A stretch of DNA of 64,000 nucleotides from an uncultured Eubacteriales bacterium (GTDB lineage: Bacteria; Bacillota; Clostridia; Oscillospirales; CAG-272), in contig CAJUIQ010000002.1 in NCBI GenBank assembly GCA_910586545.1, forward strand, positions 39,090-103,089. The letters are read 5' to 3'. The notes below the pieces were generated by a model, which was not told the origin of the DNA, made no database searches, and saw only the letters and a program-made list of their open reading frames with translations. Position 1 is the stretch's first letter. Each line of letters begins with the position of its first letter. Below are positions 17,826 to 26,856 of this stretch, in pieces. A program made the position numbers and the translations under genes.

Positions 17826-19049
17826 TCAGCCTTCCCGTAGAACATCCCCCGCCTGCACCGGAAAGGGAGGGCGCAAAAGAAACGTCATCCCCGGATGGGG
17901 AGCCGTTTCCAGGGGGGCTCCGGCAGCATCCCACATAGCGTCAGCCATAAAGGGACGACCGGGACAACCGGGAGCAAGAATTTCGACGGCAGCGCCCCGC
18001 ACTGTTTTATTACGCTGGACAAAGGGAACGCGGCCCTGTTCGTCAGCAGAACCAACAGCCACAGCCAAATACGCTTTTTCCCGGATATATCCGGGCTGCG
18101 TGACCAGGTTCGGATCCGTTTTCGGATTGTGAAAGAAAAAGCCGGTATCATACTCTCGATGGGATACGGAATCCAGTTCCCGCTGCCAAGCAGAATCAAA
18201 GTGATATCCGGCAGGATCCTTCATATAGGCATCCAGGGCCATTTTATATGTATTCGTCACAACGGCGGTATAGTACGCGCTGCGGACTCGGCCTTCCAGC
18301 TTCAGACTATTGATTCCAGCCTGTACAAGCTCCGGAACATGCGCAATCATGCACATATCCTTAGAACTCATAATAAAGCTTTCTCCCCCATCCTCTACAA
18401 TGGGCAGCCGCTCACTGGCGCGCTTTTCCTCCGCAATCTCCCCGGAGTAAATCCAGCGGCAAGGCTGGGCGCACGCGCCCCGGTTGGCGTCACGCCCTAC
18501 ATAATACTGAGAAAGAAGGCATCTGCCGCTATAAGCCACACACATGGAACCATGGACAAAGGTCTCCAGTTCCACCTCATCGGGGAGGGCGGTCCGTATA
18601 GCCGCGATTTCTTCTAAAGATAGTTCTCTTGCCAGAACGATCCGCCGCGCTCCCATTTTATGCCAGGCCATACATGTAGCGGCAGATACTGTAGAAGCCT
18701 GGGTAGAAATATGAATTTCCAGATTTGGCGCACATACCCTGGCAAGGGCGACGACGCCCAAATCGGATACGATAGCCGCATCTGCACCGATAGCCTGCAG
18801 ATACTGCAGATATCGCTCCAAAACAGGATACTCTGCATCTCTCGGCATAATATTGACGGTAACGTACACCCGTACGCCTCGTTCATGGGCATATTCCACA
18901 GCCTGTACCAGTTCTTCATTTGTAAAATTGCCGGAAGCGGCACGCATACCAAAGGCCTTTCCGGCCAGGTACACCGCATCCGCTCCAAAATAAATGGCGC
19001 TTTTTAATTTTTCAAAGTCGCCGGCAGGCGACAGCAGTTCCGGCCGCAT
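17826..19049 (-). CDS. peptidase U32 family protein (RlhA/TrhP-type)
   Basis: Start at MRPELLSPAG, typical of U32 N-termini. Its ATG overlaps the upstream stop (TGATG). Confidence 0.8.
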   Translation of the reverse strand: MRPELLSPAGDFEKLKSAIYFGADAVYLAGKAFGMRAASGNFTNEELVQAVEYAHERGVRVYVTVNIMPRDAEYPVLERYLQYLQAIGADAAIVSDLGVVALARVCAPNLEIHISTQASTVSAATCMAWHKMGARRIVLARELSLEEIAAIRTALPDEVELETFVHGSMCVAYSGRCLLSQYYVGRDANRGACAQPCRWIYSGEIAEEKRASERLPIVEDGGESFIMSSKDMCMIAHVPELVQAGINSLKLEGRVRSAYYTAVVTNTYKMALDAYMKDPAGYHFDSAWQRELDSVSHREYDTGFFFHNPKTDPNLVTQPGYIREKAYLAVAVGSADEQGRVPFVQRNKTVRGAAVEILAPGCPGRPFMADAMWDAAGAPLETAPHPGMTFLLRPPFPVQAGDVLREG

Positions 19050-19363
19050 CACTCTGCAAAATCCATGCACATTCGGGCATGGGTATAAGGCCGCACATAT
19101 GTATCGGCAGCGGCCTGGTGCAGGGGATGCTTTTGATAGGCCAGCAGAGCTGCTTCATCTGTAAAAGCAGTGTCCAGCATCATATCGCCGGTGGAGGTTG
19201 CAAGTCCTTCCACCTTCACCGTGGCGGAAAGCAGGCCCGGTATTTGACCCCGGAGGGCCTCCAGGGCCTCTTTGGCATTTTGTTTCACAAGCTCCAGCCG
19301 ATCTCCCGTAAGCTCTTCTTTTAATTTCCAAATGACAATATGTCTGACCATTTTTGCATACAT
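19049..19363 (-). CDS. Dabb (stress-responsive A/B barrel) domain protein
   Basis: 104 aa. VRHIVIWKLKEE.. and the overall size fit the Dabb family. Confidence 0.7.
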   Translation of the reverse strand: MYAKMVRHIVIWKLKEELTGDRLELVKQNAKEALEALRGQIPGLLSATVKVEGLATSTGDMMLDTAFTDEAALLAYQKHPLHQAAADTYVRPYTHARMCMDFAE

Positions 19364-19366
19364 CCT

Positions 19367-21028
19367 TTATACGTTCATGATCACAGGAAGGATCATAGGT
19401 TTTCTCTTGGTTTTGCTAAACAGATATTTCGTAAGGCTCTCCTTGACGCTGTTTTTCATCTGCGTCCATTCGGTGACGCCGGAATCCAACGCATCGGTAA
19501 GCACCTTCGTAGCAATCCGCCGCACTTCTTCCATCAATTCCTCCGCCTCCCGAACATAAACGAATCCACGGGAAACGATATCCGGTCCGCTGGCCAGAGT
19601 CTTCTCTTCCACATCTACTGTAGCTACCACCACAATCAGGCCATCCTGCGCCAGATGACGCCGATCCCGCAGAACGATATTGCCTACGTCGCCCACACCG
19701 TATCCGTCAATAAGCACCCGTCCGGAAGGAACGGTGCCCGCCCGTTTACAACTATTTTTATCCAGTTCCAGCACATCGCCGGTAGCGGTGACAAAAATAT
19801 TTTTCGGATCCATGCCCATAAACTCCGCAAGCTCTTTATGCTGCATCAAATGCCGGTATTCTCCGTGGATGGGCATAAAGAATTTAGGCCGCGCCAGATT
19901 GTGCATCAACTTTAGTTCTTCCTGACAGGCATGACCGGACACATGCACTTCGGGATCATCGTGATATACGTTGACGCCCCGCTTATACAGTTCGTTGATA
20001 ATTCGGCCCACCAGCAGCTCATTTCCAGGAATCGCATGGGAGGACAGCACAACCAAATCCTTAGAAGACAGCTCAATCTGACTGTGATCGGAAAAGGCCA
20101 TCCGGTACAGGGCGGACATAGGCTCTCCCTGGGAGCCGGTGGTGACCACAGTAACCATCTCACCGGGATATTTGTTAATATCGCTCAGGTCAATCAGCAC
20201 GTTTTCCGGGACCTTCATATAGCCCAGCCGAACCGCCGCGCCCACTACATTGATCATGCTGCGCCCGGTAACCGCTACCTTCCGTCCGAATTTCACACTG
20301 GTATTGATAATTTGCTGCACCCGGTGTACATTAGATGAAAAAGTCGCGATAATGATTCGCTTATCCGAATTAGACAAGAAAATATGATCCAGCGAATGGC
20401 CGACCGTACGCTCCGACGGGGTATATCCGGACCGCTCCACATTGGTGGATTCACACATAAGCAGCAGTACGCCCTCGTTGCCGTACTCCCCCAAACGGGT
20501 GACGTCCATCATGCTGCCATCGATGGGGGAAACATCCAGTTTAAAGTCGCCGGTATGAAGAACAACCCCCACTGGTGTACGCACAGCAATGGCGCAAGCA
20601 TCTGCAATAGAGTGGTTCACACGGATAAATTCACATTTAAATACGCCGGCGTTTACCACGCTGCCGGCTTCTACGGTAATAAGCTTAGCCTTTTTTGTAA
20701 GCTTGTGCTCTGCCAGTTTGTTTTCCAAAATGCCCAAGGTCAAACGAGTGCCGTAAATCGGCGGATTGATACTGCGCAGCACATAAGGCAGCGCGCCGAT
20801 ATGGTCCTCATGACCATGGGTAAGAAAAATGCCTCGAATTTTGGAGGCGTTTTTCTCCAGATAGGTAATGTCGGGAATAACCAGATCGATACCCAGCATA
20901 TCCTCGTCAGGAAACGCGAGACCGCAGTCAATTACCACAATATCCTCACCATATTCCAAAACTGCAATATTTTTGCCGATTTCGTTCAGTCCACCCAGCA
21001 TCATAACTCTGAGTTTATTTTTTGCCAT
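19367..21028 (-). CDS. rnj: ribonuclease J
   Basis: Start at MAKNKLRV (RBS GAAAGGAAC). Metallo-beta-lactamase motif THGHEDHIG, beta-CASP and C-terminal domain, collinear with RNase J1/J2. Confidence 0.92.
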   Translation of the reverse strand: MAKNKLRVMMLGGLNEIGKNIAVLEYGEDIVVIDCGLAFPDEDMLGIDLVIPDITYLEKNASKIRGIFLTHGHEDHIGALPYVLRSINPPIYGTRLTLGILENKLAEHKLTKKAKLITVEAGSVVNAGVFKCEFIRVNHSIADACAIAVRTPVGVVLHTGDFKLDVSPIDGSMMDVTRLGEYGNEGVLLLMCESTNVERSGYTPSERTVGHSLDHIFLSNSDKRIIIATFSSNVHRVQQIINTSVKFGRKVAVTGRSMINVVGAAVRLGYMKVPENVLIDLSDINKYPGEMVTVVTTGSQGEPMSALYRMAFSDHSQIELSSKDLVVLSSHAIPGNELLVGRIINELYKRGVNVYHDDPEVHVSGHACQEELKLMHNLARPKFFMPIHGEYRHLMQHKELAEFMGMDPKNIFVTATGDVLELDKNSCKRAGTVPSGRVLIDGYGVGDVGNIVLRDRRHLAQDGLIVVVATVDVEEKTLASGPDIVSRGFVYVREAEELMEEVRRIATKVLTDALDSGVTEWTQMKNSVKESLTKYLFSKTKRKPMILPVIMNV

Positions 21029-21424
21029 AATTATGTCTGTTCCTTTCTTCTTAGTCAGCAATTTCGGCTGACTGCCTGTGAAAAATGTATATTTGAAGTG
21101 AGGCACGCTCCATTTTCACAGAATCCTCTTTGGACGAAATATATCATCCTGTTTTGGTACGCAATCCCGTTCGTTTTTCTTATCTAAAATAATTATATAA
21201 AAAGACAGGCGTCCGCAAAAAAGTGTAACACAAGCAAACCCGAACAAACGTCCGGGTACAGCGATATGTCCGAAGGCGGCGGTACATACCGTTATCTTGC
21301 TTTTTACTATTTATCAAATACAAACTGCTACCGCAGGCGGCCACGCGCCTGTCTTTTAAGCCCAAAACAAAATCAATGTCCCAGGCAATCGTCCCACAAG
21401 GGACAACACGAACAAATTACTCCA
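21029..21424 (-). promoter_or_regulatory. long structured 5' leader of rnj; the core element at 21199-21357 is closed by a 12 bp stem
   Basis: AAAAGACAGGCG (5') pairs with CGCCUGUCUUUU (3') and encloses several local hairpins (ACCCGGAC-GUUU-GUUCGGGU; GGUAUGU..ACAUAUC). A U-rich tract follows. No match to any riboswitch class I can recall. Confidence 0.45.
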
Positions 21425-21430
21425 TTTACT

Positions 21431-21458
21431 ATTATACACAAAAAAGCCCCGCTGTCAA
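21431..21458 (-). promoter_or_regulatory. sigma-A type promoter driving the rnj leader
   Basis: On the minus strand: TTGACA (21453-21458), 16 nt spacer, TATAAT (21431-21436). Confidence 0.6.
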
Positions 21459-21462
21459 TAGA

Positions 21463-21753
21463 TCAACGAACGAGAGAACATATGAGCATCACAAGACCAA
21501 ATAAAAAGGAGCAAACAGAAATTCCACCCCAAAATGCCCGGTTACGGCGACGACGCTTTCTCTCTCGGCGGGGAGACAATGCCGCACTGCTCCCCTCGGC
21601 GATTTTTACAGCCTCCTGCACAATATCCATTTCACTGACGCCCCCGTCATCGGAAAAATCACCGCCGCGGCGGAGAATCAGATATGCCTCCTCAAAATAA
21701 GGGCTGCCTGTGTTGGTGATATGGATAATCTTTTTCTGGCATCCTTTGATCAT
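21463..21753 (-). CDS. small tail-anchored membrane protein of unknown function
   Basis: 96 aa. Soluble N-terminal part (KIIHITNTGSPYFEEAYLIL), an Arg-rich stretch (RRERKRRRRNR), then one C-terminal TM helix. Confidence 0.5.
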   Translation of the reverse strand: MIKGCQKKIIHITNTGSPYFEEAYLILRRGGDFSDDGGVSEMDIVQEAVKIAEGSSAALSPRRERKRRRRNRAFWGGISVCSFLFGLVMLICSLVR

Positions 21754-22043
21754 ACTGTCACGTCCTTCCCCGGAGAAAATTCCGGCTGTTTCTCCGGTAG
21801 TATTGCCCTCCCCTTTACAAATATGCAGGATAAAGGAAAATTTTTCTATGTTGAATAAAGGTTAGACGGTTCTCTCTTACATGCAACATAAAAATTACTT
21901 TTTACGTAAAATAATTCATTTTTCGTAATTTTGAAATAACTGTTATTGCATATATAAATAACCGTTCGCGTATAAATAATTTAAAGAATCATCTAAAATA
22001 ATATATAGATGTTTATTCACAAGTGCCAAAGGAGACTGGAAAA

Positions 22044-22223
22044 ATGCCTACAAACAAATTGCCGTTCACCTTTCACTTAGACGAGGACGTTCTACGAAAG
22101 GTAAAGATCATTGCTAAGGCAGAGACCAGAAGCGCAAGTAACCTTCTGGAATATCTGTGCAAGAAGTGCATACGTGAATATGAAATGGAACATGGGGAAA
22201 TCAACCTGACAGAGGAAACATAA
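22044..22223 (+). CDS. ribbon-helix-helix (Arc/CopG-like) DNA-binding protein
   Basis: 59 aa from an ATG preceded by AAGGAGA. The pattern FTFHLDEDVLRKVKIIAKAETRSASNLLEYL fits the RHH strand-helix-helix fold. Confidence 0.6.
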   Translation: MPTNKLPFTFHLDEDVLRKVKIIAKAETRSASNLLEYLCKKCIREYEMEHGEINLTEET

Positions 22224-22254
22224 AAATTTCCCTTTGCAAACACCTGGTCAAAAT

Positions 22255-22294
22255 AAAAAACAAGGAGGCTGCATGCAGCCTCCTTGTTGCTTTT
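22255..22294. terminator. bidirectional intrinsic terminator
   Basis: CAAGGAGGCTGC-AT-GCAGCCTCCTTG between convergent genes, flanked by A and T runs. Confidence 0.75.
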
Positions 22295-22318
22295 GTCAAT
22301 GTCCCGGCAAAAATTTTA

Positions 22319-22633
22319 CTAGTTTTCGGCAGAGTTTTCATCTGCCTGCCCGTCGGATGCGGCCTCCGCCTGCGCCAGAGCCAACGCCCCATCATAAGCC
22401 TGAATAACCGCTGTTTCCAGTTCCGCGCGAAATGCACCGTTAATGGGATGCACAATATCCCGGAAGGTGCCATCTGCATTTTTTCTGCTGGGCATAACGA
22501 TAAAATATTTATCGCGAGCATAAATCACTTTGATGTCATGTACGGCCAGCTGATCGTCAAAGGTGACAGATGCAATAGCTTTCATAGGACCGTCCTCAAA
22601 CAGTTTTCGAATTTTCACGTCTGTGATATTCAT
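22319..22633 (-). CDS. spoVG: septation protein SpoVG
   Basis: Start MNITDVKIRK.. Collinear with SpoVG (..IASVTFDD..VHDIKVI..FIVMPSRK..). RBS GGAAGG. Confidence 0.92.
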   Translation of the reverse strand: MNITDVKIRKLFEDGPMKAIASVTFDDQLAVHDIKVIYARDKYFIVMPSRKNADGTFRDIVHPINGAFRAELETAVIQAYDGALALAQAEAASDGQADENSAEN

Positions 22634-22998
22634 AGTAGCCTTCCTTTCATAAAGTTGAATGAAATTGCTGTTCCTATTATCCACTGATTTTCTGACAGTA
22701 TGCGTGGTACCAAAAAATTTGCCGCCGGGCTTTGTATTTGCATAAATTTATGGTACAATATAACTATAACACAAACTTCTGCAAAATGATATAATAATAC
22801 TATGACAGAATATGAAAATCTGATTTAAAAAACTTGGCGAATTTTGTGAATAAAATGGAAACGAATGTTTGAATTCCCGCTGGATCCAGCAGGCGTTCTG
22901 TTCTGGGCCCCCTGTTTGCGGCTCTGTATGGAACCCGCTGCCCCGCGTTTCCATAGGCGAAATCGCCTCAAAAGCAACGAAAGGTATGGTCATAAACT

Positions 22999-24414
22999 AT
23001 GGCACTACAAAATACACATTTTGGGGCTGCTGCAATTGAAAAAGTGCTTTTTGGAGGCCCGAAAAAAATCTTTTTTGCGGGGATTGGCGGCATCAGCATG
23101 TGCTCTCTGGCACGGGTATCGCAGTTGAGGGGGCACATTGTCAGCGGATATGACCGCACCCCGTCCGATATTACCAACCAGCTGACAGAGAATGGCATTA
23201 CGGTATATTACGAAGGAGATCCCTCTCATGTAGAAGGCTGCAGCATGTTGGTCTACACCGTAGCTATGCCGGCTGACAATCCGGAATATGCTGCCGCCCA
23301 AGCCGCCGGCATCCCATGTGTTTCCAGAGCCGATTATCTTGGATATTTGATGTCCGGCTATGGCTGCCGTATTGGCGTCAGCGGTATGCATGGCAAATCT
23401 ACTACCACATCTATGCTAGAAAAGGTGTTTTCCGACGCAGGAACAGATCCTACTGTAAGCTGCGGCGCACGGATGGTCAGTCAGAACAGCGCGCACCGCA
23501 TTGGGGGAGAAGAATACTTTATTTTTGAAGCCTGCGAATATATGGATTCCTTTTTAGATTTTTATCCTACCATTGCCATAATATTAAATATTGAAATGGA
23601 CCATGTGGATTATTTCCATTCGATGGAACAGATTCACACCTCTTTCCATAACTTTTTGGAACGCACCGGTCCTGACGGCATCGCCCTTGTGAACTATGCC
23701 GACGACGATGTGATGCGGGCTGCACAGGGATATTCCGGGAAATTGGTCACTTTTGGTGTGGAAGAGCCGGAGGCGGACTACTGCGCCGATACCATATCCT
23801 TTGAAAAGGGCTGCGCCCAATTCAACATTCGGCATAGAAAAGAACTGCTGTGTACCGTATCTCTCCGTGTGCCTGGCGCCCATGCCGTGTGCGACGCACT
23901 CGCTGCCGCCGCCGCCGCCCATCTGTGTGGTATATCCGGCAAAGAAATAGCCCAGGCGCTTGCCTCTTTTCAAGGATTAGGACGGCGAATGGAACCCTGT
24001 GGCCACGCCAAATGCGGTGCGGCCATCTATTCCGACTATGCACACCATCCTACAGAAATCGCCGCCAGTCTTTCCGCCGCAGCGCAGATGGGGTTTGAAA
24101 GAGTCTTTTGTGTATTCCAGCCCCATACCTATTCCAGAACCAGTCGGTTGTTTGACGACTTCGCGGATGCGCTCTCCAAAATACAGCGGGGGGAAATTGT
24201 GCTGGCTCCTATTTATTCAGCGCGTGAAGTCAACACGTATGGAGTTTCTGCCGAAAGTCTTTCGGACGCCATTGTTAAAAACGGAGCCGAATGTCGGTTT
24301 ATCGCGCAATTTCAGGATATTGCCGCGTATCTCAACGAACACGGCGACGAAAAAGATATGTTTCTTATTATGGGAGCCGGGGATATTCCTAAGGTAATTC
24401 CCTATCTGCAGTAA
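22999..24414 (+). CDS. murC: UDP-N-acetylmuramate--L-alanine ligase
   Basis: 471 aa. IFFAGIGGISM, GMHGKSTTTSM P-loop and the Mur ligase C-terminal domain. Confidence 0.92.
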   Translation: MALQNTHFGAAAIEKVLFGGPKKIFFAGIGGISMCSLARVSQLRGHIVSGYDRTPSDITNQLTENGITVYYEGDPSHVEGCSMLVYTVAMPADNPEYAAAQAAGIPCVSRADYLGYLMSGYGCRIGVSGMHGKSTTTSMLEKVFSDAGTDPTVSCGARMVSQNSAHRIGGEEYFIFEACEYMDSFLDFYPTIAIILNIEMDHVDYFHSMEQIHTSFHNFLERTGPDGIALVNYADDDVMRAAQGYSGKLVTFGVEEPEADYCADTISFEKGCAQFNIRHRKELLCTVSLRVPGAHAVCDALAAAAAAHLCGISGKEIAQALASFQGLGRRMEPCGHAKCGAAIYSDYAHHPTEIAASLSAAAQMGFERVFCVFQPHTYSRTSRLFDDFADALSKIQRGEIVLAPIYSAREVNTYGVSAESLSDAIVKNGAECRFIAQFQDIAAYLNEHGDEKDMFLIMGAGDIPKVIPYLQ

Positions 24415-24549
24415 TTCGCGGCAAATCGTATGGAGAAAATCGAGCTGCCGTCCGTAGCGCACGGGAAAGTCGGCTTTACCACATCCCACTGGAAAGGACG
24501 TCCCGTGCGCTCTTTGCGGTATTTTTAGTAAAAAAATTTGCAAAACCTA

Positions 24550-24578
24550 TTGCAAAGTACACTCTTTTATGCTAAAAT
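24550..24578 (+). promoter_or_regulatory. promoter for tRNA-Trp
   Basis: TTGCAA (24550-24555), 17 nt spacer, TGc-TAAAAT extended -10 (24570-24578). Confidence 0.5.
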
Positions 24579-24610
24579 ACGTACTGCTACCGAAGTGTAG
24601 CAGTAAATAT

Positions 24611-24686
24611 AGGGGTATAGCTCAGTTGGTAGAGCAGCGGTCTCCAAAACCGCGTGTCCAGAGTTCGAGTCTTTGTGCCCCTGCCA
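24611..24686 (+). tRNA. tRNA-Trp (anticodon CCA)
   Basis: AGGGGUAUAGCUCAGUUGGUAGAGC..GCGGUCUCCAAAACCGC..GUUCGAGUC..UGCCCCUGCCA. Anticodon loop CUCCAAA, discriminator G, CCA encoded. Confidence 0.9.
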
Positions 24687-24706
24687 GCGGTGCGTTGCCG
24701 CTCATA

Positions 24707-24740
24707 AACCCGGATGCAGATATGCGTTCGGGTTTTGTTT
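24707..24740 (+). terminator. intrinsic terminator after tRNA-Trp
   Basis: AACCCGGAUGCA-GAUA-UGCGUUCGGGUU followed by UUGUUU. Confidence 0.65.
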
Positions 24741-24810
24741 ATCCCACGCAGATAAGCGCGCTTCGCTTTTAGCAAAATATATTCCTGAAGACTATAAATC
24801 CTTTAACCTA

Positions 24811-24840
24811 AAAAAAACAGCCCCTAGGGCTGTTTTTTTA
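24811..24840. terminator. bidirectional intrinsic terminator ending the guaA..nadE block
   Basis: AAAAAAACAGCCC-CTA-GGGCTGTTTTTTT. Confidence 0.8.
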
Positions 24841-24848
24841 GAAGAAGC

Positions 24849-25577
24849 TCAGGACTTATAAACTGCAATACCTTCTCTTTTGTGCGCGCTTACCCGATGC
24901 ATCCGCTCCACGATCTGTTTTTTATCCTCCGGAATATCTCCCCCCGCGAGAAAAGCGTCAAGTTCCGCATAGGTAACGCCCATTTCTGTTTCATCCGTCT
25001 GCCCGTCAAAGAGCGCTGCCGACGGCGCCTTTTCTATTACGCATTTCGGAGCATCCAGATACCGCAAAAATGCATAAACCTCCGTAACGGTAAGATCCGC
25101 AATGGGATTAAAGTCGCAGCCGCCGTCGCCCCATTTTGTAAAATATCCTACATAGGCCTCGCTTTTATTGCCCGTTCCGGCAACCAGTCTATTTTCTGCC
25201 GCCGCAACCGCATACAGTGTGAGCATGCGCAAGCGGGGCGCTATATTTGCCAGTGCCGTCGTATTCAATGCGGCAACTCCGTTCAGCGCCTGTATCTCCG
25301 CCTCTTTGACAGGAGTAAGATCTACTGTACGGGTTTCGATATTGTACTTATCGGCAACCTCCACGGCGTCTGCGGCATCCTGAGTATAATTTCGCTGTGA
25401 TGTACACGGCAGAATGATTCCCACTGTATTGTCACAAGCGGCCTTGCAGAGAATGCTCACCAAAGCAGAGTCTTTGCCGCCGCTGTTTCCATAAACAATA
25501 CCGGAAGCTCCGCTCCGGTCTAAAACAGACTTTATAAAAGCAACTCTATTTTCAAATTCTACTTTATAATCACGCAT
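24849..25577 (-). CDS. nadE: NH3-dependent NAD+ synthetase
   Basis: 242 aa. PP-loop GNSGGKDSALV. The start overlaps the dapL stop (TAATG). Confidence 0.88.
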   Translation of the reverse strand: MRDYKVEFENRVAFIKSVLDRSGASGIVYGNSGGKDSALVSILCKAACDNTVGIILPCTSQRNYTQDAADAVEVADKYNIETRTVDLTPVKEAEIQALNGVAALNTTALANIAPRLRMLTLYAVAAAENRLVAGTGNKSEAYVGYFTKWGDGGCDFNPIADLTVTEVYAFLRYLDAPKCVIEKAPSAALFDGQTDETEMGVTYAELDAFLAGGDIPEDKKQIVERMHRVSAHKREGIAVYKS

Positions 25578-26773
25578 TATAATCCCTTCTTTCTAAGCAG
25601 TCCGGCAATACGGCAGGCTGCTTCTTTTGTATCCTCGGGACTGCCGAAGGTCGAAAAACGGAAATATCCGTCTCCGCAGGCTCCAAAGCCTTCACCAGGC
25701 GTTCCCACTACTTGAATTTCCCTTAAAAGATAATCAAAAAATGCCCAACTGCCCATACCATCCGGACACTGCATCCAAATATATGGCGCGTTTTTTCCGC
25801 CGCAGTACCAGATACCAAGCCCATCAAGCGCTTCCATAAGAACCTTGGCGTTATTTTTGTAAACAGCGATATTTTCTTGAATTTGCCGCTGTCCTTCCGG
25901 TGTAAATACAGCGGCGCCGCCCTTTTGGATAATGTAGGAACCCCCGTTTGTCTTTGTGGTACGGTTGCGCACCCACATTTCATGAAAATGCATACCGCCC
26001 CGGGAAAGGGCCTTGGGTACTACAGTGTATCCCAACCGGGTACCGGTAAAGCCTGCAGTTTTGGAAAGAGAGCAGATTTCAATGGCGCAGGTTTCTGCTC
26101 CGTCCAGTTCAAAAATACTGTGGGGCAGGGTCGGATCCTCAATAAAGGCTTCGTAAGCAGCATCAAACAGAATCACCGAACCATTTTCATTGGCGAAATC
26201 CACCCAATCCTGCAGCTGACTGCGACTGAACACCGCACCGGTGGGATTGTTCGGGGAGCATATGTAAAGGATATCCGCCTTTACATCCTTCTGAGGCGAC
26301 GGCAAAAACGCGTTTTCCCGTCCGCAAGGCAGATGCAAGATTTTTCTGCCAGCCATTACATTTGCATCCACATAAGCCGGATATGCCGGCTCAATCACAA
26401 GCGCGCTGCTGCTCCGATCAAACAAATCCAGAATGTCTCCCAGCTCGTCGCTGGCGCCGCTGGATACAAACACTTCATCCGCCGATATCTGCACGCCCCG
26501 CTCCCTATAGTATCTCGCAATGGCCTCTCTGAGAAACGGCGCGCCGCACTCCGGCATATAACCGTGAAAATGATCTTTTACGGCCTGATCGTCCACAGCA
26601 TCGTGCAGAGCCTGGATAACAGCCTTCGGAAGCGGAAGAGATACGTCGCCAATCCCCATACGATAAAGATATTTATCTGGATTTGCTTCCAAATACGCTT
26701 TCGTCTTTTGAGCGATATTATAAAAGAGATAAGAATCCTTTAAATCCGCATAATGCATATTAGGCGTAATCAT
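25577..26773 (-). CDS. dapL: LL-diaminopimelate aminotransferase
   Basis: N-terminus ..YADLKDSYLFYNIAQK..MGIGDVSLPLP is typical of DapL, with the PLP-Lys region SLSKTAGFTG. The start could instead be 26785 (MEIDM..). Confidence 0.85.
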   Translation of the reverse strand: MITPNMHYADLKDSYLFYNIAQKTKAYLEANPDKYLYRMGIGDVSLPLPKAVIQALHDAVDDQAVKDHFHGYMPECGAPFLREAIARYYRERGVQISADEVFVSSGASDELGDILDLFDRSSSALVIEPAYPAYVDANVMAGRKILHLPCGRENAFLPSPQKDVKADILYICSPNNPTGAVFSRSQLQDWVDFANENGSVILFDAAYEAFIEDPTLPHSIFELDGAETCAIEICSLSKTAGFTGTRLGYTVVPKALSRGGMHFHEMWVRNRTTKTNGGSYIIQKGGAAVFTPEGQRQIQENIAVYKNNAKVLMEALDGLGIWYCGGKNAPYIWMQCPDGMGSWAFFDYLLREIQVVGTPGEGFGACGDGYFRFSTFGSPEDTKEAACRIAGLLRKKGL

Positions 26774-26785
26774 ATCAATCTCCAT

Positions 26786-26856
26786 TCTGCCGACTTCGCC
26801 GGCACAGCTGATTTTGGGTGTAAAATTGGTTAACTACATGCTTCATACATGTTTTT
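26786..26856 (-). promoter_or_regulatory. dapL leader element, paralogous to the dapF leader
   Basis: Minus-strand RNA AACAUGUAUGAAGCAUGUAGUUAACCAAUUU..GUGCCGGCGAAGUCGGCAGAAUGGAGAUUGAUAUG aligns with the dapF leader. Confidence 0.6.

Noticed and set aside
21199-21357. Identifying the closed structured element as 6S RNA or SRP RNA
   Set aside because: It has no GGAA tetraloop/AGCA SRP domain IV motif, and I could not draw the long bubble-interrupted helix typical of 6S RNA. It is left unassigned.
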